NCBI GenBank assembly: GCA_049700655.1
Contig: JBNAUV010000001.1
Span: 551 to 64,550 of the forward strand
Origin: Minisyncoccales bacterium
GTDB taxonomy: Bacteria; Patescibacteriota; Minisyncoccia; Minisyncoccales; RBG-13-42-11
Length of the DNA stretch: 64,000 nucleotides
Direction: 5' to 3'
The notes under the pieces are model-generated. The model had not been told where the DNA came from and did not search any database. It saw only the letters and a program-made list of their open reading frames with translations. Shown in pieces: positions 19,782 to 28,378 of the stretch. A program made the translations under genes and the position numbers. Position 1 is the first letter of the stretch. The number at the start of each line of letters is the position of its first letter.

Positions 19782-19874
19782 TTTTTTACCTCCTTTCTTT
19801 TATTATTTTTATAAAGGTGCTTTATTTTAAAATAATAATATAAAATTAATTTTTGTCAATGTTTATCTTTTCTG

Positions 19875-19916
19875 TTACAAACATCCTTACAAACTTAAGA
19901 ATGTAAGAATGTTGTA
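19875..19916. repeat. 8-mer direct repeats forming an imperfect inverted repeat
   Basis: ttacaaac x2 and taagaatg x2; acatccttac pairs with gtaagaatgt with one mismatch. Confidence 0.5.
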
Positions 19917-20069
19917 TTTTGTTGGAATTTGAGTATAAAATTCGGGAATTAGAGGGACCTGTTTTTGGAGAATTAGGAAGAATTGCTTTTGAAGCCAAAG
20001 AAATTTTCTTTGTTATTATCATAAAAAGTTGCTGTTTTTTTTATTTTTTGCTAAAATAAAAATAAAATT

Positions 20070-20798
20070 ATGAAAAATTTAATTGTCGGCAATTGGAAAA
20101 CGAACCCAGTGAGTTTAGTTGAAGCTAAACATTTATTTAATTTAATCAAGCGAGGTGTGAAAAATTTAAAAAAAACAGAAGTCGTAATTTGTCCACCCTT
20201 TCTTTTTTTATCCGAATTAAAGAAAAATCAAAAACCCATTAAATTAGGCGCGCAGAATTGCTTTTGGGCAGAAAAAGGCGCTTTTACTGGTGAAATTTCC
20301 CCTTTGATGCTGAAAAATTTGGGTTGCGATTATGTCATTCTTGGTCATTCTGAAAGGCGAGCCTTAGGAGAAACTGATATGATGATAAATAAAAAAATTA
20401 CTGCCTGTTTGAAAGCGAAATTGATTCCTATTCTTTGCCTCGGCGAAACCGAAGAACAAAGAAAAACAGGAAAAACCTTTGAAATTCTAAAAAAGCAATT
20501 AACAGCGGCATTTAAAAATTTAAAATTAAAAATTGAAAATTCGCCACTTTGTGTGGCTTATGAGCCCGTCTGGGCCATTGGCACTGGCAAGGCCTGCGAT
20601 ATAAGAGAGGCGCGGAGAATAAATAATTTTCTTAATAATTTAACCCATCATTTACCCTTACTTTATGGCGGAAGTGTCAATGCTCAAAATGGGATTGCTT
20701 ATTTAACTCAAGCCGGTTTTCAAGGCCTACTGGTGGGTGGTTTGTCTTTAAAAGTCAATGATTTTGTTAAACTAATAAAACAGGTTGATTTTTTATAG
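20070..20798 (+). CDS. tpiA: Triosephosphate isomerase
   Basis: GNWK, GHSERR, AYEPVWAIGTG, YGGSV. Confidence 0.97.
   Translation: MKNLIVGNWKTNPVSLVEAKHLFNLIKRGVKNLKKTEVVICPPFLFLSELKKNQKPIKLGAQNCFWAEKGAFTGEISPLMLKNLGCDYVILGHSERRALGETDMMINKKITACLKAKLIPILCLGETEEQRKTGKTFEILKKQLTAAFKNLKLKIENSPLCVAYEPVWAIGTGKACDIREARRINNFLNNLTHHLPLLYGGSVNAQNGIAYLTQAGFQGLLVGGLSLKVNDFVKLIKQVDFL
20514..20541 (+). repeat. Four NAAAATT heptamers inside tpiA (KNLKLKIEN)
   Basis: aaaaatt taaaatt aaaaatt gaaaatt. Confidence 0.65.
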
Positions 20799-20818
20799 AG
20801 AATTGATATGATAATTTT

Positions 20819-21337
20819 ATGATAGATCAGTTTTTAAATGGTTGTTTTTTTAATCCAACCAAAGGAAAACTAAAAATTAAAGAAGTTATTGAAGAGGCAA
20901 TTAATTATCTTTTAGAAAAGCCGGAAAAATTTTACGATATTATTGTTGGCTGTGATTCTTCATCAGGCGAAGAACCATTTTTTCCGGTAGCTTTGGTTAT
21001 CTTAAGAAAAGGCCAGGGCGGGCGCTTTTTTTTAAAAAAGATTGCCTATCGGGATAGAAAATTTTATAATTGGAAACAAAGGATTTTAGAAGAAGTTTTG
21101 CTTTCTTGCCAGTTGGCTTTATTTTTAAGAGAAAATTTGGAGAAAGAAATTAGTCAAAGAGTAAAAAAGGAGGGAATAAGATATCAATTTCGTTATATTC
21201 ACGCCGATGTGGGCGCCAATGGCCAAACCAAAGATATGATTAAAGAGATTGTTGGTTTAATTAAAGGCAATGGTTTTGAACCAAAAATAAAACCAGAATC
21301 TTTTGCTGCTTCAACAGTGGCAGACCGCTTTTCCTAA
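20819..21337 (+). CDS. RNase H-like YkuK (DUF458) family protein
   Basis: IIVGCDS, G.GGRFF, RILEE, IHADVG.NG.T, IKPESFAASTVADR. Confidence 0.82.
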   Translation: MIDQFLNGCFFNPTKGKLKIKEVIEEAINYLLEKPEKFYDIIVGCDSSSGEEPFFPVALVILRKGQGGRFFLKKIAYRDRKFYNWKQRILEEVLLSCQLALFLRENLEKEISQRVKKEGIRYQFRYIHADVGANGQTKDMIKEIVGLIKGNGFEPKIKPESFAASTVADRFS

Positions 21338-21338
21338 G

Positions 21339-23036
21339 ATGAACTCTTATCAATTACGCCAAAATTTTTTATCTTTTTTTAAAAACAAAAAACACCAGAT
21401 TGTTTCATCTAGTTCTTTGATTCCCACTGATCCATCAGTGCTTTTTACCACGGCCGGCATGCAGCAATTTAAATTATATTATTTGGGCGAAAAATCGCCT
21501 TACGGCAACAGAGTGGCTTCTTGCCAGAAATGTTTTAGAACATCAGATATTGATGAGGTAGGGGATAATCGACACCTAACTTTTTTAGAGATGCTGGGTA
21601 ATTTTTCCTTTGGCGATTATTTTAAAAAAGAGGCCATTAATTGGGCTTATGAGTTTCTTTTTCAGGAATTAAAATTACCCCTTAATGACGCTTATTTTAC
21701 TGTTTTTCAGGGCGATGAAAATGTGCCGGAAGATAAAGAATCAGGCAAAATTTGGCAAGCATTGGGCATTCCGGAAAGCAAAATAAAAAAATGCGATCGG
21801 TCTGATAATTTTTGGGGTCCAACCGGCAATGAGGGTCCTTGTGGCCCAACTACCGAGATTTATCTTAATGGTATTGAGGTTTGGAATTTGGTTTTTAATG
21901 AATATTATCAAGATGATAAAGGGAAATTAACACCACTGTCACAAAAAGGCGTAGATACTGGGATGGGTTTAGAACGGTTGGCGATGATAATACAAAATAA
22001 ACCAAGTGTGTTCGAAACTGATTTGTTTTTACCAATTATCCAAGAGATTCAAAGTCAAAAGTCAAAAGTCAAAAGTCAAAAGTTGAGCGAGCGAAGCGAG
22101 CGAATTATCGCTGACCATATTAAGAGCGCGGTTTTCTTAATTGCTGATGGTGTTTTGCCAGCCAATGTGGAGCGGGGCTATGTTTTAAGAAGGATTTTAA
22201 GAAGGGCCATGCGTTATGGTTTATTGATGAATTTACCTAAACAGCTTTTAATTCCTTTAGCCCAAAAAGTTATTGAGATTTATCAAAATTTTTATTCAGA
22301 AGTTAAATCTAATGAAGCAAATATTTTAACTGTTATTCAACAAGAAGAAGAAAGATTTAGTAAAACGCTGCGAGAGGGTTTGAAACGGTTTGAGACAATT
22401 GCTCGACAAGGTGATATTTCCGGGCAAGAAGCTTTTCATCTTTATGACACTTATGGTTTTCCGCTAGAATTAATTAAAGAATTGGCCCAAGAAAAAAAGA
22501 TCAAGATTGATGTTCAAGGATTTGAAGAAGCATTTAAGAAACATCAAGAGATTTCGCGGGCCGGGGCTGAACGTAAATTTGGTGGCGTAGGCAAAGAGGC
22601 CACTCAAGAAGCAATCCGGCTTCATACAGCCACTCATTTACTGCATAGCGCTTTGAGACAAATTTTAGGCCAACATGTGAAACAGATGGGTTCAGATATT
22701 ACTCCCCAGCGACTTAGATTTGATTTTTCTCATCCGCAAAAATTATCGGCTGAGGAAATTAAAAAAACCGAAGAATTAGTAAATCAGAAAATTAAAGAAA
22801 ATTTAGAGGTGAAAAAAGAAGAAATGGCTTTTCCAGAAGCATTAAAAACCGGCGCCCTGGCTTTTTTTAAGGAAAAATATCCGGCCATAGTCAATGTTTA
22901 TTCTATTGGCGATTTTTCTAAAGAAATTTGCGCTGGTCCTCATGTTCAGCGCACTGGCGAATTGGGTCATTTCAAAATTATTAAAGAAGAAAGCGCTGGC
23001 GCTGGCATAAGAAGAATTAGAGCAATTTTAGAATAA
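21339..23036 (+). CDS. alaS: Alanine--tRNA ligase, short form lacking C-Ala domain
   Basis: LFTTAGMQQF, EMLGNFSFGDYFK, DTGMGLER, HTATH, CAGPH; start ATG 21339. Confidence 0.97.
   Translation: MNSYQLRQNFLSFFKNKKHQIVSSSSLIPTDPSVLFTTAGMQQFKLYYLGEKSPYGNRVASCQKCFRTSDIDEVGDNRHLTFLEMLGNFSFGDYFKKEAINWAYEFLFQELKLPLNDAYFTVFQGDENVPEDKESGKIWQALGIPESKIKKCDRSDNFWGPTGNEGPCGPTTEIYLNGIEVWNLVFNEYYQDDKGKLTPLSQKGVDTGMGLERLAMIIQNKPSVFETDLFLPIIQEIQSQKSKVKSQKLSERSERIIADHIKSAVFLIADGVLPANVERGYVLRRILRRAMRYGLLMNLPKQLLIPLAQKVIEIYQNFYSEVKSNEANILTVIQQEEERFSKTLREGLKRFETIARQGDISGQEAFHLYDTYGFPLELIKELAQEKKIKIDVQGFEEAFKKHQEISRAGAERKFGGVGKEATQEAIRLHTATHLLHSALRQILGQHVKQMGSDITPQRLRFDFSHPQKLSAEEIKKTEELVNQKIKENLEVKKEEMAFPEALKTGALAFFKEKYPAIVNVYSIGDFSKEICAGPHVQRTGELGHFKIIKEESAGAGIRRIRAILE
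22049..22101 (+). repeat. In-frame (TCAAAAG)4 array plus GCGAGCGAAGCGAGC mini-hairpin inside alaS
   Basis: Perfect heptamers at 22055-22082; hairpin at 22087-22101; encodes QSQKSKVKSQKLSERSE. Confidence 0.85.
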
Positions 23037-23046
23037 GATTAAAAAT

Positions 23047-24321
23047 ATGACCAATAAAAAAGTTATTGATATTTTACCACCAATAAAAAAAGCGGCAAAA
23101 AAAGAAAGAGATGTTTTAACGCCTGCTCCCTTAATGAAATCTTCCAGCCGTCCTTTTCTAAAGAAGAGTTTAGTTTTTATTTTACTTATTTTAATTTTAG
23201 CCATTGCGCTGGCTTATTTTTATTTACCTCAAGCGGAAATAGAGATTTTTCCCAAAACCAGATTGTTGAATTTGGAAACAAAATTAATTGCTGACAAACA
23301 GATTAGTCAAATTGACGCAAACAATAAAACAATACCAGCCCAAGTTTTTCAAAAAGAAAAGAGTTTGGTTAATGTTTTTCCTGCCTCGGGCCGGGTTATT
23401 AAAGAAGAAAAAGCCAGGGGCATGATTAAGGTTTATAATGAATATTCAACTGCGCCTCAAATTTTAATAGCCAAAACGCGGTTTGTTTCAACTGATGGTA
23501 AAGTATTTAGAACTCCAGTTGCTGTCACAGTGCCGGGCGGTGTTTATGAAAAAGGTAAATTAATTCCAGGCGAGATAGAAATTGAGGTTGTGGCTGATAA
23601 TCCAGGACCAGAATATAATATTGGACCTTCTACTTTTTCTATTCCAGGATTTGCTGGCACTGACAAATATACTAAATTTTATGCTAAATCTTTCCAAGCA
23701 ATGAGCGGTGGTTTAAAAGAAGAAATTCCCCAGGTAACTGAAGAGGATTTGAAAAAGGCTGAGGAATTATTGACCAAGCAGGCTCAAAAAGAGTGTGAAG
23801 ATTTGCTCAAACAGGAATTACAAACAGAAGCTATTTCAATGAATTTTTATTATTTTCCCGCTGAGATTAAAAATGAGATTATCGAAAAAATACCCTTGGT
23901 TTTGCCCAATGAGCAAGTGGCTGAATTTAAATATCAAGCCAAGGCTCGTTGTTGGAATTTGATTTTTAAAAAAGAAGATTTGCAAAATTTTGCTAAACAA
24001 ATAATTGCTCAGCAAATTTTGCCAGATGAGAAATTATATGAAGGCAGTTTAAAAATAGATTACTCTCTTGCTGAGATTGATTTAACCGAAGGAAAAATTG
24101 TTTTATCGCTGAAAATAAGCAGTCAAATTTATTCAGGAATTGATTTTGATCTTTTGAAAAAAGCATTAGTTAATAAATCAATTGCTGAAGTAAAATTATT
24201 ATTAGAAGATCAACCCAATATAGAGAGAGCCAATGTTAAATTTTGGCCCTTTTGGGTGACAAGCGTGCCTGAAGATTTAGAAAAAATTAAGATTAATTTA
24301 AAATTTAACTCCTCTTATTAA
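23047..24321 (+). CDS. Membrane-anchored CPR protein with baseplate J/gp47-like beta domain
   Basis: Single N-terminal TM helix; KARGMIKVYN, TRFVSTDGKVFR, VVADNPGPEYNI, MSGG motifs. Confidence 0.6.
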   Translation: MTNKKVIDILPPIKKAAKKERDVLTPAPLMKSSSRPFLKKSLVFILLILILAIALAYFYLPQAEIEIFPKTRLLNLETKLIADKQISQIDANNKTIPAQVFQKEKSLVNVFPASGRVIKEEKARGMIKVYNEYSTAPQILIAKTRFVSTDGKVFRTPVAVTVPGGVYEKGKLIPGEIEIEVVADNPGPEYNIGPSTFSIPGFAGTDKYTKFYAKSFQAMSGGLKEEIPQVTEEDLKKAEELLTKQAQKECEDLLKQELQTEAISMNFYYFPAEIKNEIIEKIPLVLPNEQVAEFKYQAKARCWNLIFKKEDLQNFAKQIIAQQILPDEKLYEGSLKIDYSLAEIDLTEGKIVLSLKISSQIYSGIDFDLLKKALVNKSIAEVKLLLEDQPNIERANVKFWPFWVTSVPEDLEKIKINLKFNSSY

Positions 24322-24369
24322 TAAAAGGTTGACGAAAAAGACAGATTTTGCTAAATTAAAAAATTAACC

Positions 24370-24585
24370 GTGAATAAAGATAATAAGTTAAAAAAAAGCG
24401 GAGTTATTATTGAATCATTGCCGAGCACGCACTTTAAAGTAAGGTTAGACGACGGAAATGAAATTCTCTGTTACTTGTCAGGTAAATTAAGAAAATTCCG
24501 AATTAAAGTTTTGCCCGGAGATAGGGTTACAGTTGAGTTGTCGCCCTATGATCATAAGCGAGGTCGTATAATCTATCGTGGTTAA
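24370..24585 (+). CDS. infA: Translation initiation factor IF-1
   Basis: ESLP, SGKLR, PGDRVTVELSPYD, GRIIYR; upstream TTGACG-17-TAAATT. Confidence 0.97.
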   Translation: MNKDNKLKKSGVIIESLPSTHFKVRLDDGNEILCYLSGKLRKFRIKVLPGDRVTVELSPYDHKRGRIIYRG

Positions 24586-24594
24586 TAAAAAATT

Positions 24595-24711
24595 ATGAAA
24601 GTTCGGCCTTCAGTAAAGAAAATTTGTAAAGATTGTAAGATCGTCCGGCGAAAAGGACGAATTTATGTTATTTGTAAAAAAAATCCCAAACACAAACAAA
24701 GACAAGGATAA
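24595..24711 (+). CDS. rpmJ: 50S ribosomal protein L36 (missed by the ORF track)
   Basis: [38 protein letters not shown]. Confidence 0.97.
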   Translation: MKVRPSVKKICKDCKIVRRKGRIYVICKKNPKHKQRQG

Positions 24712-24714
24712 ATT

Positions 24715-25104
24715 ATGCCAAGAATTGCGGGAGTTAATATTCCCGAAAACAAACAAATATTAATAGCCCTGACCTATATTTATGGCATAGGTCGTGCTTT
24801 GAGTAAAAAGATATTATTAGAAACCGGCATTGAGTTTAATAAGAAAGCTGCTTCTTTAACCCCTCAAGAAATTGCCAAATTAAGAGAGGTTATTGAAAAG
24901 AAATATAAAGTTGAAGGTGAATTACGCCAAGAAGTAATGATGAATGTTAAAAGATTAAAAGATATTGGTTGTTGGCGTGGCTGGCGTCATATAAAAGGTC
25001 TGCCGGTTAGGGGACAAAGGACGCGAACCAACACACGCACTGTGCGGGGTAATGTCAGAAAAACAGTTGGTTCAGGAAGAAAAGCGCCACCCGCGCCAAA
25101 ATAA
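24715..25104 (+). CDS. rpsM: 30S ribosomal protein S13
   Basis: [28 protein letters not shown]. Confidence 0.98.
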   Translation: MPRIAGVNIPENKQILIALTYIYGIGRALSKKILLETGIEFNKKAASLTPQEIAKLREVIEKKYKVEGELRQEVMMNVKRLKDIGCWRGWRHIKGLPVRGQRTRTNTRTVRGNVRKTVGSGRKAPPAPK

Positions 25105-25120
25105 TTAAATTAATCAAATT

Positions 25121-25573
25121 ATGGGTAAAAAGCGTGTTATTCAACCATCAAAAGAAGAATTATTAAAAGAAACAGAAAAAATTGAGGCCACGGTCAAAAA
25201 AGAAGAAATTAAAGAACCATCAAAAAAGGCCAAAGAAGGCAGGCTTTATGTTTTTTCATCTTATAATAATACTATGATTAGTTTAACCGATTTAAAAGGA
25301 AACACTTTATATTGGACAAGTGCTGGAAGAATTGGTTTTAAAGGAACAAAAAAAGGAACCTCTTTTGCCGCTGCTAAAGTGGCTGAAGCTGTTTCTCAAA
25401 TAATTCAGAAATTGGGTATTGAAAAATTAGAGGTTTTGGTTAAGGGGATTGGCGCAGGAAGAGAATCAGCATTAAGATCATTGGTAGCTCAGGGCGTTGA
25501 CATTGTTTCAATTAAAGACATTACACCGATTCCCCACAATGGTTGTCGTCCGCCGAAGGTGCGCCGAGTTTAA
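25121..25573 (+). CDS. rpsK: 30S ribosomal protein S11 with N-terminal extension
   Basis: SSYNNT, GFKGTKK, DITPIPHNGCRP. Confidence 0.98.
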   Translation: MGKKRVIQPSKEELLKETEKIEATVKKEEIKEPSKKAKEGRLYVFSSYNNTMISLTDLKGNTLYWTSAGRIGFKGTKKGTSFAAAKVAEAVSQIIQKLGIEKLEVLVKGIGAGRESALRSLVAQGVDIVSIKDITPIPHNGCRPPKVRRV

Positions 25574-25585
25574 ATTTTATAATCT

Positions 25586-26215
25586 ATGGCCAGACAAAAA
25601 TGTAAAATTTGCCGTCGTTTAGGAATGAAGCTTTTTTTAAAAGGTGAGCGTTGTTTTTCACCGAAATGTGCTATGGTCAGAAAACCATATCCACCCGGAG
25701 CCAAAGGTAAAAGAAGAAAAGCCGGACTTTCGGAATACGGTCGTCAATTGAGAGAAAAACAAAAATTAAAAAAATGGTATAATTTAGAAGAAAGGGAGTT
25801 TCGCAATTATGTTAAAAAAATTTTGGCTAAACGAGGCAGCCAAATAGATATTGGAGTTCTTTTGATTGAAACATTGGAGCGTCGTTTGGATAATGTTATT
25901 TTTAGATTGGGTTTTGCTTCTTCTCGCCGGGCAGCTCGTCAAATGGTTTCACATGGTTATTTTTTAGTTAATAATAGATCAACCAATATCCCTAGTTTTT
26001 TAGTAAAAAAAGGAGATAAAATTAAAATTAAACCAAATGTGATAAAAAAAGCAATTTTCCAAAAGATAAGCAGTTTGGTCAAAAAGCATAATCCTCCGTC
26101 TTGGTTGAAATTAGACACAACCAATTGGGAAACAGAGGTTATTGGTTTGCCAAATTATCAGGAGGCAGTTCCGTCAGTCGACCTTTTGGCAATTTTTGAA
26201 TTTTATTCAAAATAA
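25586..26215 (+). CDS. rpsD: 30S ribosomal protein S4
   Basis: CKICRR, LREKQK, LERRLDNV, RQMVSHG. Confidence 0.98.
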   Translation: MARQKCKICRRLGMKLFLKGERCFSPKCAMVRKPYPPGAKGKRRKAGLSEYGRQLREKQKLKKWYNLEEREFRNYVKKILAKRGSQIDIGVLLIETLERRLDNVIFRLGFASSRRAARQMVSHGYFLVNNRSTNIPSFLVKKGDKIKIKPNVIKKAIFQKISSLVKKHNPPSWLKLDTTNWETEVIGLPNYQEAVPSVDLLAIFEFYSK

Positions 26216-26244
26216 AAAGCTTAATAATTAAAATTATTACAATT

Positions 26245-27015
26245 ATGTTACACTTACCCCAACCAGCTAAAATTATTAAAAAAGAAGCCAATAAAACTAT
26301 TTTTGAAATAGAACCACTTTTTCCCGGTTATGGCATAACCATTGGCAATGCTTTGCGCCGGGTATTATTATCTTCCTTAGAAGGCGCGGCTGTCACCCAG
26401 ATGAAGATTAAAGGCGTAGCGCATGAATTTTCAACTATCCCGGGAGTTTTGGAAGATGTAATCACTCTTATGCTTAACATTAAACAATTAAGATTTAAAC
26501 TGTTTGGCAATGAACCGCAAAAAGCCACGCTTAAAGTTAAAGGAGAAAAAGAAGTAAAGGGTTCTGATTTTGTTTTGCCGCCTCAGGTGGAATTGGTTAA
26601 TAAAAATTGTCATTTAGCCACCCTTACTACTAAGTCAGCTGAGTTGGAAATGGAAATTCAAATTGAAAAAGGTATTGGCTATTCTCCCCGCGAAGAGAGA
26701 ACGAAAAAGAAATTAGAAACTGGCACCATTGCTGTTGATGCTATTTTTACACCAGTAAGAAGAGTAAGTTTTCGAGTTGAAGATATGAGAGTTGGTGAAA
26801 GAACCGATTATAATAAATTATTTTTAGAAATTGAAACCGATGGTACAATTACTCCCGAAGAAGCATTTTATCAGGCAGTTAAGATTTTGATTGAGCATTT
26901 TTCTATTATTAGCGCTTCAATTGAAATTAAAGAAGAAAAGAAAGCGATTATTGAAGAAAAAACAACAAAAAAGAAGAAAGGTGTTTCTAAGAAAACCTCG
27001 CGGAAAAAAGATTAA
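26245..27015 (+). CDS. rpoA: RNA polymerase alpha subunit lacking the alpha-CTD
   Basis: EPLFPGYGITIGNALRRVLLSS, HEFSTIPGV, ETDGTI; ends in a Lys-rich tail at 256 aa. Confidence 0.97.
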   Translation: MLHLPQPAKIIKKEANKTIFEIEPLFPGYGITIGNALRRVLLSSLEGAAVTQMKIKGVAHEFSTIPGVLEDVITLMLNIKQLRFKLFGNEPQKATLKVKGEKEVKGSDFVLPPQVELVNKNCHLATLTTKSAELEMEIQIEKGIGYSPREERTKKKLETGTIAVDAIFTPVRRVSFRVEDMRVGERTDYNKLFLEIETDGTITPEEAFYQAVKILIEHFSIISASIEIKEEKKAIIEEKTTKKKKGVSKKTSRKKD

Positions 27016-27027
27016 TTAAAAAATAGT

Positions 27028-27378
27028 ATGAGAAAAAGAAAAAAAGGTAGAAAATTAAGCAGAAAAAGAGATCAACGTAAGGCCTTGTTAAAATCATTGG
27101 CCAATAATTTAATATTAAAAGAAAGAATTATTACCACGCAAGCCAAAGCCAAAGAGGTGAAGAGTTTTGTTGAAAAAGAAATTACTCGCGCCAAAAAAAA
27201 TGATTTGCATACCTATCGCTTACTGGCGCGTTTTTTTAGACCTGCTTTGGTTAAAAAATTAATAGAAGAAATTGCGCCCCGCTATCAAGAAAGGAAAGGA
27301 GGTTATACGCGGATAATAAAATTGGGTCCGAGAAAATCAAATGGAGCAAAAATGGTCATCATAGAGTTATTGAAGTAA
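27028..27378 (+). CDS. rplQ: 50S ribosomal protein L17
   Basis: GRKLSR, TTQAKAKE, GGYTRIIK. Confidence 0.97.
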   Translation: MRKRKKGRKLSRKRDQRKALLKSLANNLILKERIITTQAKAKEVKSFVEKEITRAKKNDLHTYRLLARFFRPALVKKLIEEIAPRYQERKGGYTRIIKLGPRKSNGAKMVIIELLK

Positions 27379-27465
27379 ATTTCCAAATTTTTTTGTTGTT
27401 TATAATTAAATTTCAAACTTTTAAACAATTTTTAATGGATAAATATTTTAAACAAGTCAAAGGTT

Positions 27466-27521
27466 TAAAAATTAAAAAATTAAATCATTATTTTAAAATT
27501 AAAAATTAAGAATTAAAAATT
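27466..27521 (+). repeat. NAAAATT heptamer array upstream of rplM
   Basis: taaaatt aaaaatt aagaatt aaaaatt (27494-27521) plus degenerate copies upstream. Confidence 0.6.
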
Positions 27522-27529
27522 ATTAAACA

Positions 27530-27877
27530 ATGGAAAGAAAAACCCACACTATTGACGCGACCAATAAAAATTTAGGTCGTTTAGCAGCTGAAATAGCCGT
27601 GCTTTTGCGCGGCAAACACAAGTCAGATTTTGTGCCATATAAAGATATGGGTGATGTTGTAGTGATTAAAAATGTTAATAAATTAAAATTTTCTGGCCGA
27701 AAACTAATACAGAAAAAATATTATCGCCACTCTGGTTATTTAGGCGGGATAAAAGAAATATCACTGGAAAAACTTTTTAAAAAAAATCCAGCCGCGGTTT
27801 TAAGAGAAGCCGTAAACGGTATGTTGCCTAAAAATAGATTAAGAGCCAAAATGATTAAGCGTTTGAAATTTGAATAA
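27530..27877 (+). CDS. rplM: 50S ribosomal protein L13 (short)
   Basis: IDA...LGRLA, LRGKHK, HSGYLGG, GMLPKN. Confidence 0.97.
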   Translation: MERKTHTIDATNKNLGRLAAEIAVLLRGKHKSDFVPYKDMGDVVVIKNVNKLKFSGRKLIQKKYYRHSGYLGGIKEISLEKLFKKNPAAVLREAVNGMLPKNRLRAKMIKRLKFE

Positions 27878-27882
27878 AATTT

Positions 27883-28374
27883 ATGTCCAAAACAAAAAAA
27901 ACAATAAAAAAATCAAAACAAAAATCAGTTAGAAAAGAAGAAATAAAAACAAGCCAAGCTCAACAAGATTTATATTATGAAGGAACAGGCAGAAGAAAAA
28001 CTGCGGTTGCCTTGGTGCGTCTTTTTCCGCAAAAAAGCACAAATGGCCGTCCGGAAAATTCAATAATAATTAATGAAAAACCTTTAGAAAAATATTTTCC
28101 CCTTAAAGAATGGCAAGATATAGTTTTGGCGCCTTTAATTTTAATGAATTGTTTAAATCAATTTAGAATTTCAGTTAAAATAAAAGGTGGCGGAGTGTCG
28201 TCGCAAGCGGAAGCGGTTAGGCATGGTGTATCACGCGCTTTGGTTTTATTCAATCCTGATTTTAGAAAAAAATTAAAAGAGGCTGGCTATTTAAAACGTG
28301 ATCCTCGAATGAGAGAAAGAAAGAAATTTGGTTTAAAACGAGCCCGTCGGGCGCCCCAGTGGCAGAAAAGGTAA
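27883..28374 (+). CDS. rpsI: 30S ribosomal protein S9
   Basis: GTGRRKTAVA, GGG..SQA, RDPRMRERKKFG, APQWQKR. Confidence 0.98.
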   Translation: MSKTKKTIKKSKQKSVRKEEIKTSQAQQDLYYEGTGRRKTAVALVRLFPQKSTNGRPENSIIINEKPLEKYFPLKEWQDIVLAPLILMNCLNQFRISVKIKGGGVSSQAEAVRHGVSRALVLFNPDFRKKLKEAGYLKRDPRMRERKKFGLKRARRAPQWQKR

Positions 28375-28378
28375 TACT

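Noticed and set aside
19846-20022. 58-codon minus-strand ORF (MIITKKISLASK...)
   Set aside because: Runs through repeats and the receiver promoter; no convincing homology, so not called.
23047-24321. Prophage suggested by the baseplate-J-like gene
   Set aside because: TM anchor, housekeeping neighbours and no other phage genes.
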